A DNA stretch of 64,000 nucleotides from Azolla caroliniana (taxonomy: Eukaryota; Plantae; Polypodiophyta). The position numbers and the translations under genes were made by a program. The DNA is taken from NCBI GenBank assembly GCA_043228905.1, contig JBHGNT010000008.1, forward strand, positions 1,302,001-1,366,000. Reading direction: 5' to 3'. The notes beneath the pieces are model-generated. The model made no database searches and was not told where the DNA came from. It saw nothing but the letters and a program-made list of their open reading frames with translations. Shown here piece after piece: positions 1 to 13,199 of the stretch; within the stretch, counting starts at the first letter, position 1, and the number at the start of each line of letters is the position of its first letter.

Positions 1-680
1 CCCACTGCCGAGGGAGAAGACAAAACCTGGCGTTGATCGTCTATTGGCCTTATAGCCAGGCCAAACTACCTATGTGTACCCTTCGAGTCGAATAACCGTA
101 TTCGACTTGTACAGAATGTCGTAATTCATCGTAGCGTTGACATACCAGAGTACCCTCTTAGCACAATTGAGATGATCATTTCGCGGGGTCTGCATGAATT
201 GGCTAAGGAGGCCGACCGAATAGCTAAGGTCGGGTCATGTGATGGTTAGATAGATTAGGCTACCGATGAGCTGTCAATACGGAGTCGGCTCACACTCTGT
301 TGTTCCTAAATCGACATTGATCTTGAGATTACAATCAAGAGGGGTAGACACAAGTTTGCACCCGGTCATTCTGAACTTGTAGAGTAAGTGAGAATGTAGT
401 GCCATTGTGAGATTAATATCTCGACTGGTGTTTGAATTACTTCAATGCCAAGGAAGTAATGGAGCTCGTGCATATCTTCATTTCAAAAATGCCAGATAGG
501 AGTGATTTTACCTTGTTAATCTCGACAAGATTTTGTCTTCCGATTACCAAATCATCCACGTACAGAAGAATGGCGATCGGGGTTTTCAACTCGTTTCGAA
601 TGTAGAGAGAGTTGTCTGATTTCGACATTCGAAAGCCAATTTGATGAAGGTACTGAGTGATCTTTGAATGCCAAGCACCT

Positions 681-1928
681 TGTTGTGAAGATCCGTCACT
701 ACGTGCGGATCGTGAGGTGGAACCGCCGAGGTTCTGGACCGGAAGGACTCAAAGTATGCACTAGCTTTAGCGAGAAAGGATTTAAGATAGATTAGGAGAG
801 AGAGATTGAGATTAAGATTCCAATTTTAAAACAGATTCAGAATGATTGAAATAGAAAGAGAGATTAAGATTGAACTCTTGACTTTAGATTTGAAGAACAA
901 GGTATATCATCAAAAGGATAACAAATTTTTTTCTTAATATTAATTTTGATATAAAGTACAAAGCTTTCCTTTTAATCTTTTTCATCCACCCTTTTATAAA
1001 TGCTCCAATGCATATGATGCATGTGAGGGTACAAGACATGCATATAATGCATGAAATGCATGTGATGCATGTTTGAAATTTGGCACTCATGCATCACATC
1101 ACATGTATGAGGATTTACATGTAAAACTACAATGATAGGAAAATCATTTCTAAGGAAATGACATAGCCGAGTGGTAAGTCTATTGCCTCCTATCTTGGAG
1201 GTGCAAAGTTTGAGTCTTGATTACATCTTTTTTTTTTATGCACAAAATACTATTAGGCTTTTGGACCAAATATCTTTAAGACACCATGTACCGCGATCAA
1301 CCGACCCGACCAATCCGTCCGATTTGCATCCGTTTGGTCCGGTCCGGTCCGCATCCCGAGTCGCTTGTCAGTGGCCAGTTCCGCCGGCTCCGAACTGGCT
1401 CACCGGCTCTGTCGCCGAATGCCATTCACCGGTCGCCAGTTCCGTCCGGTCACCGATTGCCGAATGCATCCGGTTGCCGGTCCTGTCATCGGCCGATTTG
1501 AGTTTCTTCACCGGTCAGTTCAAGCACTTAGCCACATCCAACGACTTAGCCACATATGTCCATCTAGACAAAAGTGGCCCAAGTCCAACTATTTCTTATG
1601 TGCTCTTAACACATAGATAAAATATGATGGATCTCAATCTTCTTATATAGTTGGAGCCTAAACTTTTCCTATCTATGTGGGATATTTCACAGTTTTATTT
1701 TTCTCTTTTTCTTTTGCAAAACTTCATACCCATATAACTTGACACTTAGATGCCCGTTTCTTATGTAGTGAAGTGCATTCGAACGCTATTCAAGACCTCC
1801 ATCTTTTTGTACCAAGGTATTAAACTTATTTCAAATTAGTATCTTCAATATTATTGTTTTATGCGATTCATACTCGGTTTCGTATGTTTTATGCAATTTT
1901 CACACCATTGCCGAAAATCTTCACGACA
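681..1928 (-). mobile_element. Gypsy-type solo LTR inserted in Copia A RT
   Basis: Termini TGTTGTGAAGAT...ATCTTCACGACA (12-bp inverted repeat, 1 mismatch). Host reads continuously across it (ccaagcac|gcggtgcttg; compare 49008-49030). Degenerate 4-bp TSD acct/acgc. Left end resembles the reverse complement of U5 of the other Gypsy LTRs, so strand is inferred. Confidence 0.75.
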
Positions 1929-2177
1929 ACGCGGTGCTTGCTTACGGCCGTAGAGTGGCTTCTTTAGTCTACAGACTGCTTTCGGATGATTTTTCGATTT
2001 GAAATCGGGGGGTTGAATCATGAAGACCACCTCTTCTAGTTCGCCATGGAGGAAGGGGTTCTTTACATTCATTTGGTGGAGATGCCACCCTTTCGCCGCT
2101 GCAAGTGCAAGAACTGTCTGCATTGTTGCCATCTTTGCCATCGTGGCGAACGTCTCCTCGTAATCGACATCGAGCGT

Positions 2178-2947
2178 TGTTGTGATGATTTCCGGCTACG
2201 GTGAGAAAACCGGGAGGGACAAATAAAATGGGGATGTGCAACATTGCACATGCACTTGTAAATTTGTGTAATAAGAATAAATAAACAAAATGTAATGGGA
2301 AAGGTAATAATCTAAGGTGCTAAAGGTGCACCACGAAGTTTGTAGAGACATAAATGTGATGTGCACTTTGTAGAGTAGAAGGAGTAGTGGGCATTGAGAG
2401 TGAATGTGATAGGAGAGAGAGAGTTAAGGCCCACCGATTTAAGATCAAGGGAGATATTCCCCATTAAAGGAAAGGGGATTTGACTCCCTCTTGTAATGTG
2501 CTCACCCCTTACTACTATAAACGGGAGTGAGGGGTCACTTGTAAAGGGGTTTCCTATTTTGAGTGAGAGAGGTATACCACATAGGTCGAGGGGTTCTATT
2601 CGGTTTTAGGGTTTCTTCTAGGGTTTTCTTCTTGGGTTTCTTTTAGGGTTTCTATGCTTCTTTGCTTACTTATTCGGTTAGGGTTTTCTTGTAGTCGTTT
2701 TGGGTGCGGCCTATGCGGCCTTGATTGTAATTTTTTTGTGAACTCTTAATATAGCATGTTGATGTTGCTTGTCTTGTGGGTGTATCTTGCCTCCATCTAT
2801 TCTATTCTATGTTTATGTGCTATTCTTCCTCTTCTCCTCTTGAGCTAAGCTTCCATTTTGTGTCTTATTCCTTCTCCTCTACTCCCTAGTCCAAGACCCC
2901 CATGGTCCCACCTCGGATCCTACACGTACCCGCGGAATACCGCGACA
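2178..2947 (+). mobile_element. Gypsy-type solo LTR inserted in Copia A RT
   Basis: TGTTGTGATG...CGCGACA termini; TATA box (ctataaa ~2515). U5 end (ctagtccaagacc...gcggaataccgcgaca) resembles the LTR ends at 6243 and 17706. TSD gcgt/acat. Host RT resumes at 2948. Confidence 0.8.
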
Positions 2948-5602
2948 ACATTTGTGCGTATCCTTTCGCGATGAAACGTGCTTTGAGGCGATTTACTGAG
3001 ACATCGACATTGTATTTGACCTTATCGATCCCATGTCTCGTTTTTGCACAAGGCCTGCATTTCTTCATTCATCGCGTTGGCTCGTCGTGGGTCCTTCACG
3101 GCTTCGAAAAATGTTTCTGGCTCTCGGACAGTTGCGACCTTCATCATAAAGGCATAATGATACGCCATGTACTCATCGTAGCCGAATCGGCTTGTGAGGT
3201 TCTTCTCATGTGAGCAGTGGCCTAGCTTCTCGTTCGCTGAGACTAATGCTTTCTTCACTCCATTTATCCGGATGTTGAGGCCTTCGAACTCACTGTCGAG
3301 TGAGTAAGTTGACTCATTGTCCATCAGTTCTTCATATTCTAGCATTTTGACCTTCCCTTTGTCTAGCTTTGGAGTCGGCCGAGATGTGATGTGATCACTC
3401 GGAGGGTCTTGTGGGCCAGTCAGCCTTGTCGTAAGCGTGTCCGAGTCGATCTTCTTCTTGTATCTCTTGTTCGTCTAATTCTGGGTCGAACTAAGTCAAG
3501 GTTGAAGTTGTCTCTAGTGCATACCAGGATGTTGACTTGTCGAAAACGACATCTCGATTCACACGAACCTTTCAAGTAGAGGGGTTATAGCACTTGCACC
3601 CCTTTTGCTCCAGTGAGTATCCTACAAGGATACATTTCTCCGACTTTGGGTGGCACTTTTGTCGCTTCTTGTCGAGGATGTGCACGTATGCAAGGGAGCC
3701 GAACATTCCAACATGTGAGAGGCATGACTTCCTTCCAAAGAACTTCTCATGTGGGGTTACTCCCCCGAGGTTGTACACCTATTCATTAGATATACGACTG
3801 TGTTAGCCACTTGTACTCAGTACGATTTCGGTAGGTTCTTTTCGTTCATCATAGCCCGTGCAACCTCTATTATATGCTGATTCTTTCGTTAGGCTATGTC
3901 ATTTTGCTGAGGTGTGTGTCGACATGAGAATTCTCGTCATATTCCTTCCTTTCACAGATATGTCGTAAACTCGACCGAGAAATATTCTTTGCCTCCATCC
4001 GATTGAAGTTAGCATACCTGCCGACCCGTGGCTTTTTCGACTTCATTTTTGAACCTTTGGAAGTGGCCAAACATTTCGCTCTTCTGTCTCATCGGGTAGA
4101 TCCAGGTGTGCCTGGAGAAGTCGTCAATGAACGTGATATAGTATCGGCAACCACCAAATGTTGCCGTCTGGGCTGGTCCCCAGACATCTGATTGCACTAC
4201 ATCTAGGATCCCTTTGCTCACATTCCTCTCTTTCGGGAATGGATGTCGGGGTTGTTTTCCGAACTAGCAAGCTTCGCATATGCCTGTAATCTCTCTATCT
4301 GTAAAGTTCAGAAGCCTAAAGGCGACTCCTTTCAATTGCATGTTTTGGAGCTTCTAGAGATTAATGTGGCCAATTCGCTTGTGCCACAGTTTCAAGTCAG
4401 ATTTGACTTTAAGACCTTTTGCATACATTGCCGACTTTTTCTCGTTCGATTCAAGAATAAACATCTTGCCTTCTCGGCGACCGTGATCGATGAGGTGGCC
4501 TTCTTTTTCGATGAAGCACCTTCATGATTGAACCACACTTGCATCCCTAGTTCGACAATCTGGTCTACTGAGATGAGGTTTTTAGGGATGGTTGGGACAT
4601 GTAAGAAAATTTTGAGGTAGGTTTGTTTGTCTTCGTTCCCGAATGGGACGTTTCCGATGTGCTGTATTGAATGATTTGTGTCATCACCTGTTTCGACATA
4701 ACCGGGTCGATCGGGCTTTCGTAATTCTCGGAACCAATCTTCATTAGAAATCATATGATAGGATGCTCCTGAGTCAATGAACCATACATTATCTGAGGTT
4801 GGGGTGTTTGTCTCACCTTGTGTCGACATTGAATGCGCTTTGTGCGTCATCATAAACATTCCGCCACAATCATCGTAGTCAGAATTCGAGGTGGAATTCA
4901 TAAGTTGTCGGTTGGTCGACGCTGACTCTCACTTCTTCTTTCGACACTCCTCTTCGTAGTCGCCGAATTTTCCATAGTGGCCCCATTCAATCAAGTTGTT
5001 GTGATGGCTTGGTCCAGCAGGATGGCTCCCCCTTCTGTTGAATTCTCTGGAATTGTTCCTATCATCTTGCCAATGGTGGGAACTGCATTCTCGGGTTGAC
5101 TGACCCTATTGTCCTCGGTCGAATCGACTTCTATTTCCTCGACCGAATCCTCTTCAATCATCCGACTGTGAGTAAAACATCTGACCATCCGGTGCATTGC
5201 TCCTTTGTCGAGCATGGTTTTCAGTCACCAATAATATCGATTGAAGGCCAAAAAAGGAAGGTGGGTTGTCCCTTGCGAGAATGGCTGACCTGATTGCTCC
5301 GAAGCACGGTGCTAAGCCATCGAGGCATATTTGTACCATTTTTTCATCGTTGATGATGACATTGATCGATCCGAGGGCATCACACAGCTCCTTGATCTTC
5401 AAGGTATAGCCGCTGATTGACATATCCCTCTATTGCATGTTGTTTAGCTCCTGTCAAAGTTGGAGCTTTCTTGCAACCGTATTGGCCGAAAAAATCTTCT
5501 ATAGATTTCCCCAAGCTTCTTTTGGCATTTTCGAATCTTGAATATTGCCGAACATGTGTTCATGGACGCATGACGCAAGGCAATACAACACACGGCTCGC
5601 GG

Positions 5603-6243
5603 TGTCGTGAAGAAAACCGTCCAGAAGCGGAATCGGTGCACCGGAGCGTAGGAACCGGCTCTTCATGCATGCACGTCTTATGTTGTACAAAGAGAGAATT
5701 AGGTACATAGAAGATCCTAGGTAGGTAGATTCGGTAGGTAGGAAGTTAATGGGAAACGGCTCCTTCCTTGCCTATAAAAGGAGGGAGACGAGGAGGGGAG
5801 AAGGATCGCGGTTAGAGAGGACGAAGTGCTGTCGGGTTGTCGGCCGAAGGCTTCTCTCTTCCATACTCCGTAGCTTCTTTCTGTGCAGGTTTTCGGGAGG
5901 CTCGCACTGCTCTGAGGAATGCCCGAGTGCTTCCGGCAGCACCTCCAACCTACTCCTTTCTTTCTGAGTGTTTACGAACAGGCATCGGCATCTGTTCGCC
6001 GGCCTGTTCGGTTGTAACCGACTTCGTGCTTCTTGTTGTTTGTCCTTGTTAATATATATATACATACATTCGTGTCTCTCTGCGTTGGTGTCCCACTCGC
6101 GTCTTTGTGTCGAAGGGCCGTGCCCTTGTGAATCTACGCCCACACGTAGTGGGTCCCTTCCCTTCTCCTTTGTCTCTTGCTCTTCGGTACAAGACCCCCG
6201 AGGCCCCGCCTCATTCCACGCATCCGCGAGGAATACCTCGACA
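5603..6243 (+). repeat. 5' LTR of Gypsy B
   Basis: Direct repeat of 11649-12291; roughly 14 substitutions plus a 2-bp indel counted by eye. Confidence 0.95.
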
Positions 6244-6246
6244 TCT

Positions 6247-6264
6247 TGGTGAACCCGACGTGAA
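6247..6264 (+). promoter_or_regulatory. Primer-binding site complementary to tRNA-Trp 3' end
   Basis: TGGTGAACCCGACGTGAA, 3 nt after the LTR; complementary to the plant cytosolic tRNA-Trp 3' end (...UUCACGUCGGGUUCACCA, recalled sequence). Confidence 0.85.
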
Positions 6265-6286
6265 GGAGGCGGCAGAAGAGTAGAAG

Positions 6287-9200
6287 ATGAAGGGGTCGGA
6301 TCTTGCGGAGGCCATGGCTTCGGCCGTGGATCGGATATTGAGCGCACGCGAGGGCACCGGCGCCCTCGATAGAGCCATTGAGGTGGTCGTCGGCACGATC
6401 GGCCGGTTCAGCGGAAAGGATGCCACGAAGTATTTGGCGTCCTACGGGGCAGAAATACTGATGCGGGACATTCCGGAAGAGAGGCGTCTTGTCGGGTTCC
6501 CTCGAGTGGCGATGCCGAGCATCCATGCGGAGGTGCTCGAGGTATGGGCGGAGAGCCATACCTGGGAGGAGTTCGAAGGCCGACTGCTAGAAAAATACGG
6601 GTTGGACAAAGCGCTCCGGCTTTCGAAACGGGACTTCATGGAATGGGTGGAGTCCCCTGGCAAGGGAAGAAACGCGTCGGCACTCCTCCGGGAGTTTGAG
6701 GAACGCTTTGTGCACCTTTCGGCGCTTGACCGAACCGTTCTGGATACGAGCCGAGTCCTACTGTTCGTCAAGTCGGTGGACGAGCGGGACCGGGATCAAG
6801 TCGGCTCCTTGCTAGAAACCGAAGACGGGCTGACGACCGACTGGGCTGCGGTTAAGAGAGTCTGTGGCCGTTTCGACAAACGGCGAGAATGGGCTGACAA
6901 CGGGGCGGCCGGAGCGGGCTCTGTCACAATGAGGAGGCTTGAACCGGCACCGCAAGGGTGAAGGGCAGAGACCCGGGAGTGGCTCGAAACCGGTTCGGCT
7001 CCGACCGGCGTGGTCAATGACTCGTCCGGAGGAGCAGCGCTGGAGGAGTTGACGCAGGCGATAAAAGATCTCCGGATCGCCCAGACTCGAAGGGAAGGCG
7101 GCGAACCGGCTCGTGACCGACGGCCGACAGCAGGGAACAGGTGCATGTGGTGCGACGAGGTCGGCCACATTCGGAAGGACTGCGGCGATTTCGCAGAGGC
7201 GTTGAGGAACCGGGTGGTGTACCTATGGGAAGGCCGGGTGCACGCCGGCGATACCAGAAGGGCCCTAAACCGGAACGACGGGCGAGGGGGTATGAAGAGA
7301 CTGATGGAAGAGGCAGCGGCCCGACACGTGGAGGCCATCCACCACTCGGCATCGGCCGGTATTCGGGTCGGGGGCAGCGAGGCCCGAAAGGAGAGCAAAG
7401 ACGGATTCTGGTCGGCAATGCTGGAAGGCCTCGCCGGCGCACGGCTGAGGAAAGATGAAGCGGACCGCACTGAGAGACGGGCCCGGGAAATAACCGGGTG
7501 GAGCGACCCAGTCGAGGAGAAGACGGGCTTCGTAGAAGCCGCCTGCTGGAACTACAAGGCTCTGGTAGAAGACAAACGAGTGGGGAAAGCCGGAGCGGCC
7601 GGGCCCTCACAACGATACGAGACCCGATTCGGGCAACGACGGAACGAAGCCGGTGGGTCCAGCGTGCAAGATAACCCCAGGAAGGGCGGATACCAATTGG
7701 GGACGGAAATAGAAAGGACCACGGACCTACGAAAGGTCCTAGAAGAACGGATCCTCGACAACAAAGTGGAGCTGTCATTGCGGGAGGTGCTAGGGATCGC
7801 TAAGAAGGAGTTCCACGACTCCATTGTCGACTTGGTGAAGCGGAAAAGGCTATTGACGAAGACTAGCACTTCTTCGTACAGGAGACGTCCTCGCACCCGG
7901 TCATATTAGGGGAACCATACATCACGGCGGCGCGGATGGAGACCAAGGTGCTAGACAACGGTTCGGCCTACGCGAGGGTCAAAAGCCAGGACGGGCGCCA
8001 TTCGGTCCAATTTTTGACGATGCGACCGAACCACGAGCGAAACCGCGAATCCCTCGGTGGTGAGAACCAGGAGATTTTTAGAGAGGGCTGCCAAGGTGTG
8101 GGGCCGAGACAGTCCGGACACTCGGGAAAGACCCCATAGCTGTACGATAGAACCGAAACCGAAGGAACCCTGTACAATAAGTAAAAAATTTTGCTTCTCA
8201 AACAACGGAGAGTGTATGATAGTCGGCATCGTTGGCCGAGAAAAGGAAAGGGCGAAGGAACGACTTCGAGCGTGCGGAGTTATCGGCCTGGATGAGGAAA
8301 TCAGCGGAGCCGTGGAGGCGGTCTCCTTCGACGACACCTTGGGGATGCTGAGGAAGGTAGCCGGAGAAGACCTTAACGAAGACCGGACGATACCGGTATG
8401 TTCCGAAGAGATGTACGAAGTCATCGCGAACTTCAGCCAGGGGCTCGGGTCGGATCGGACGGCCCGAGTTAGCACAAAGTACAAGACTGTGGACCGGAAG
8501 GTAAGGCCAGTCGCGGCACCCTTACCGGAGGGCAGCAAGTCCCGAATCAGAGGGGTTGCGTCGGACCCCAGTTTACGAGATCCGTTCTGCATAGGACACA
8601 CCTTCACCGACAGGACGCTCCGGGAGCTCAAGATCGGTGGGGGTGGATTCCTACTGCCGGCGGAAGAAGACCGGTTTTGGAAAATGCTCGGAAGGCACGG
8701 GAAAGCCTTCGCATTCTCACCAGATGAGATCGGGTGCGTAGACCCGACAATCGTGGAGCCGATGGTGATATTCACGGTACCGCATGTGCCATGGAATCTC
8801 AAGCCGATTCCAGTACCGAGAGCTCACATCCCGAAGTTGATGGAGCTATTAAGGCAGAAAGTCGGTATGGGCATTCTCGAACCGTCGAGTGCCCCATACT
8901 CGAACTGATGGTTTACCGTACCGAAGAAAAACGGAACATTGCGCTTCATTCAAGACCTGCAGCCAGTCAACAGAGTGACCATTCGGAACGCAGGAATCGG
9001 ACCGACCATAGACGAGTTTGCGGAGGCCTTTGCCGGAAGGTCGATTTACTCGGTCGGTGATCTGTACTCGGGGTACGACCAGTTCCAGCTAGCCATGGAG
9101 AGCAGAGACATTACGACGATGCGAACTCCCCTCGGCCTAGTGCGAATGTGTACCCTGCCACAAGGAGGGACCAACTCGGTGGCCCACATGGTGAATGCAA

Positions 9201-11656
9201 TGAACAAGGTACTGAGGGATTGCATCCCGGACATCACCATGCCATTTCTAGACGACATCCTGATCAAAGGGTGCCCGGTGGAAGAGAAGGATGGGACACT
9301 CGGGCCGGACGGATGCCGGCGGTTCGTGGCAACACACATCGACGACTGCGAGAAGGTGCTACAAAGGTTAGAGGATGAGAGGCTCACCTTCTCCGGGGAG
9401 AAATCGGCCTTCGGGCAATCAGAAATCCTGGTGGTCGGACACCTGTGTGGACCCTATGGCCGGAAGCCGTCTCCGGCAAAAGTAGAAGCCAGCTCCGCGA
9501 TGAAGACCGACTATAGCTCGGTTACGGAGGTTCGGAGATTCCTGGGGGCATGCGCATTCTACCACATATGGATCCCGCATTACGCCCACGTTGCGGAACC
9601 GCTATACGGGTTGCTGAAGAAGGGGCGAAAATTCGAGTGGCGAGACGAGCACACGGAGTCGGTCCGGAAACTGAAGGAAGCTCTTGCGGCAGCACCGGCG
9701 CTCCGGAAGGCTGTCTACGAGAAGGGTACCTCGGTATACATAATGGTGGATACGAGTCCGACCAGGATCGGATGGGTCGTCAACCAAGAAAACGAGGACG
9801 GCATTCGGTTCCCGATCTGATTCGGCGCGAAGGTCCTCAGTGAGCGACAACGAGGGTACGCCCAGGTTAAACGCGAACTCTAGGGTATCGTTTCGGCAGT
9901 AAAGGCCGACAAAGACTACCTGATTGGGACAGAAGTGATTATCGAGACGGATTGCCTGCCAATTCTCGGCATGGTTTCCGGATGCGCGACACCGGACCTG
10001 GCGATGCTCAGGTGGATAGCATACATCAAGTCCCTGGACCCGGAAATACGACACATTTCCGGAAAGGACAACACCATGGCCGACATGCTTTCGAGGGCGA
10101 GGTTTGATGACGAGGGCGGCATGGTTTCGGAGGACGAAGAAGTCGGGGTGGACTTCTTCGAGGCAGCGTACGTGACGACCGATGGGACGAGCACTCCGGC
10201 ACTTAACGGCTTCGACGAGAGCAAGTACGACGGCGAGTGGCTACAGATTGGTGGTTTCTTAAGGACCATGACGCCGGATGCGTCATGGACGAGGGACGAG
10301 ACCAACCGGATCCGGAAGAAAGCATACCGATTCTTTCTCCGGGACGGATACTTATGGAAGCACCCGAAGAAGAGGAACGGCGTCCCGCTCCAGGTGGTGG
10401 CGATGAAGGAAGAACAGGAGGAGCTGCTGACAGCCTACCACGACAGCCCTTGGGCTGGACACCGTGGAACATGGGCCACGTTCGAGAAGATAAAGGGGAA
10501 GTACTGGTGGCCGAGACTATACCGGGACGTGCATCGGTTCGTGACAACTTGCGAGAGCTGTCAGATGCACTCCGTAGTACGACATCGGGACAAGCTTCAC
10601 CCTACGTACCCTCCGACCATCCACTTCAAATGGATGGTAGATCTGGTGACGATGCCGATGGGAATGGGACAGATGCGGTACCTGGTCTTGGCTCAGGAAG
10701 ATCTGACGAACCAGGTGGAAGGCCGAGCCCTTCAGAACAAAACGACCGCGGCCGTATGTCGGTTCCTGATCGAGGACGTGATATGCCGGTACGGGTGCGT
10801 CAGGAAGATCGTGGCTGATCGCGGGGAGTTGGACACCGAAGAGGCTGAGGAGTTGTTCGACCGGCTAGGAGTCAAGCTCTAGCTTACCACTGCGTACAAT
10901 CCGGAGGCGAATGGGAAGGTGGAGAGCGGACACGGACCGATCGTCAAGGCGTTAGTTCGGGCATGCGGAGGGCAAGTCGGGAACTGGCCGCGGCTGCTGC
11001 CTTACGCGTTGTGGGCTGACCGAACTACGCACAGTTTGGTAACCGGATTCATGCCGGCAGAGCTCATGTTTGGGCAGAAGCCGATCATGCCGATGGAACG
11101 TACGATCTCCTCGTGGGCAACCGTGGACTGGAGAGACGAGATGAGCCGGGAGGAACTGTTGGCGGCGCGCATACGACAGCTCGAGCGAAGACCGGAGGAC
11201 GTGGAGCAGGCTGCGGGAAAGCTTCGGGTGGCAAGGACGAGGAACAAAGCCCGGTTCGACCGGACGCACCGGCTCTGACCAAAGAAGATCGAGGAAGGTG
11301 ACTGGGTGCTAGTCTACGACAACAGCCTCGACAACCAGAACCGAGCGACACGGAAGTTCGCAAGAAGGTGGTTCGGGCCTTACGTGGTACAAAGCGCCAA
11401 CGACAATGGGACGTACCATCTGGCGGAACTCGACGACACGAGAATGGCGATACCGGTAGCTGGGAAGCGGATCAAAGCGTTCAAAAAGCGTCACGACGAC
11501 GAGCCGGATCCGGTTAACCTGGACAGCGGCGACGAACGATCCGAAACCGAGGAAGAACCGACGGGCGGGGAATTAAGGCTGGACCGGTTTTCTCCGTCCC
11601 AACTCAATTTGGCGCATGCCGGTGGATGCGCGGTTAGGTGGGGGCGGATGTCGTGA
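6287..11656 (+). pseudogene. Disrupted gag-pol of Gypsy B
   Basis: ORF pieces 6287-6961, 7010-7909, 8057-8908, 8939-9820, 9935-10882, 10919-11278, 11306-11656, separated mostly by in-frame stops. Protease core is deleted near 7865. Confidence 0.9.
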
Positions 11657-12291
11657 AGAAAACCGTCCACAAGCGGAATCGGTGCACCGGAGCGTAGGAA
11701 CCGGCTCTTCATGCACGTACGTCTTATGTTGTACAAAGAGAGAATTAGGTACATAGAAGATCCTAGGTAGGTAGATTCGGTAGGTAGGAAGTTAATGGGA
11801 AACGGCTCCTTCCTTGTCTATAAAAGGAGGGAGACGAGGAGGGGAGAAGGATCGCGGTTAGAGAGGACGAAGTGCTGTCGGGTTGTCGGCCGAAGGCTTC
11901 TCTCTCTTCCATACTCCGTAGCTTCTTTCTGTGCAGGTTTTCGGGAGGCTCGCGTTGCTCTGAGGAATGCCCAAGTGCTTCCGGCAGCACCTCCAACCTA
12001 CTCCTTTCTTTCTGAGCGTTTACGAACAGGCATCGGCATCTGTTCGCCGGCCTGTTCGGTTGTAACCGACTTCGTGCTTCTTGTTGTTTGTCCTTGTTAA
12101 TATATATATACATACATTCGTGTCTCTCTGCGTTGGTGCCCCACTCGCGTCTTTGTGTCGAAGGGCCGTGCCCCTGTGAATCTACGCCCACACGTAGTGG
12201 GTCCCTTCCCTTCTCCTTTGTCTCTTGCTCTTCGGTACAAGACCCTCGAGGCCCCACCTCATTCCACACATCCACGAGGAATACCTCGACA
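11649..12291 (+). repeat. 3' LTR of Gypsy B
   Basis: Preceded by purine-rich ggtgggggcgga; matches 5603-6243. Confidence 0.95.
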
Positions 12292-12562
12292 ACGACCTAC
12301 TCCCATGCTGGGTAGTTGGCGTGTGTTGGGTTGGGTTGCGTTTCATGGGCTCCGTCGATGTAGCTCCAGTAACCTTGTCCTACAAGGTATTGATGCATCT
12401 TGTACTCCCAAGATGTGAAGTTTAACCTGTTGAGCTTCTTCGTAGGAAGAGTGCTTCCCATATGAGTATTCATGATGACTTCTTCTCTGTTTTTCAACCG
12501 GTTCTGTTGATCGTCGATGTGTAGCACAACACAGTCAATTAAGCTTGATCAGATAACCACAC

Positions 12563-12574
12563 GCTCTGATACCA
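12563..12574 (-). promoter_or_regulatory. Primer-binding site, tRNA-iMet
   Basis: gctctgatacca is the reverse complement of TGGTATCAGAGC. Confidence 0.9.
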
Positions 12575-12646
12575 CCTAAAGGAAGAAAGGCGTAGATGGT
12601 GTTATGCAGCGGAAGTAAGCTTTGTGTGTGTGTGTGCACGTGATGC

Positions 12647-12699
<53 letters not shown>

Positions 12700-12878
12700 C
12701 TCTAAACAAGAAATCTGTACGTTACATCCAACATTTACTCATTTACAAAAGGTTGGTTTTAAATACCAACTATTCTAGGGCAAATGCCCTTTCTACTAAT
12801 TATAAATCTATCCTAATAAGTTGTCCACTGACTAGTGTGAACACTGTCCCTATGGGAAGTTGAGTTCGATTCTTAACA
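12575..12878 (-). repeat. 5' LTR of Copia A, containing (TG)n and (CA)n tracts
   Basis: Homologous to LTRs 47459-47717 and 52259-52542 (gagctctaaac..., gaagttgagttcgattct(t/c)aaca). Inner TG is mutated; abuts the PBS. Confidence 0.85.
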
Positions 12879-13199
12879 GAAGAAAAGGAAGAAGAATTGG
12901 TCTATGGTAGTATGTATGAAGTATGCAAATATATGCATTTGAATATTATCGGGTTCGGAATTGGAAAGTGGAACCACATGGCTTGCAAAGGAACTTTTCT
13001 ATGGGCACAATGCCTATGAAGAGTGAAAATTAACCAATAAAATGTATGCCTTGTCCTATTGATGAGTGTAAGACCAACATACGATTAGTTAGATAGGTCA
13101 GACAAGGAATTGCATAATGCATGTGTATATACTCTCTTTTAGGATTTCAACATGGATTTATTTTAATATCTCAAAAACATGTTACAACATTTGAGAGGA

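Larger units (their letters stand above)
5603..12291 (+). mobile_element. Ty3/Gypsy LTR retrotransposon B (non-chromovirus, tRNA-Trp PBS), decayed, nested in Copia A gag
   Basis: LTRs 5603-6243 and 11649-12291 (TGTCGTG...CTCGACA), PBS 6247-6264, PPT ~11634-11648. Gag Zn knuckle CMWCDEVGHIRKDC, RT (DLYSGYDQ, PFLDD), RNase H, integrase (HDSPWAGH...CESC; WFGPY). TSD gcgg/acga. Confidence 0.95.
1..12878 (-). mobile_element. Decayed Ty1/Copia LTR retrotransposon A (3' end beyond window start), host of three nested insertions
   Basis: Minus-strand fragments in Copia order: gag (LNRLNFTSWEYKMHQYL), protease (WFIDSGAS), integrase (DVWGPAQ...YYITFIDDFSR), RT (HQMNVKNPFLHGELEE, LLYVDDL), RNase H near position 1. 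PBS and 5' LTR at 12563-12878. Many stops and frameshifts. Clearly related to the element at 47459-52542. Confidence 0.92.

Noticed and set aside
1009-1100. Cluster of TGCATG (RY-like) motifs in the solo LTR
   Set aside because: Could equally arise from CpG decay of low-complexity sequence; no independent support.
6247-6264. tRNA gene
   Set aside because: Only an 18-nt complement of a tRNA 3' end including CCA, i.e. a PBS.
5772-6347. 191-aa minus-strand ORF across the Gypsy B LTR (copy at 11763-12275)
   Set aside because: Lies within the LTR, has no domain, and its repetition simply reflects LTR duplication.
6134-11494. Long antisense and alternative-frame ORFs over Gypsy B (and similarly over C, D and F)
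   Set aside because: Shadows of GC-rich gag/pol codon usage with no recognisable domains.
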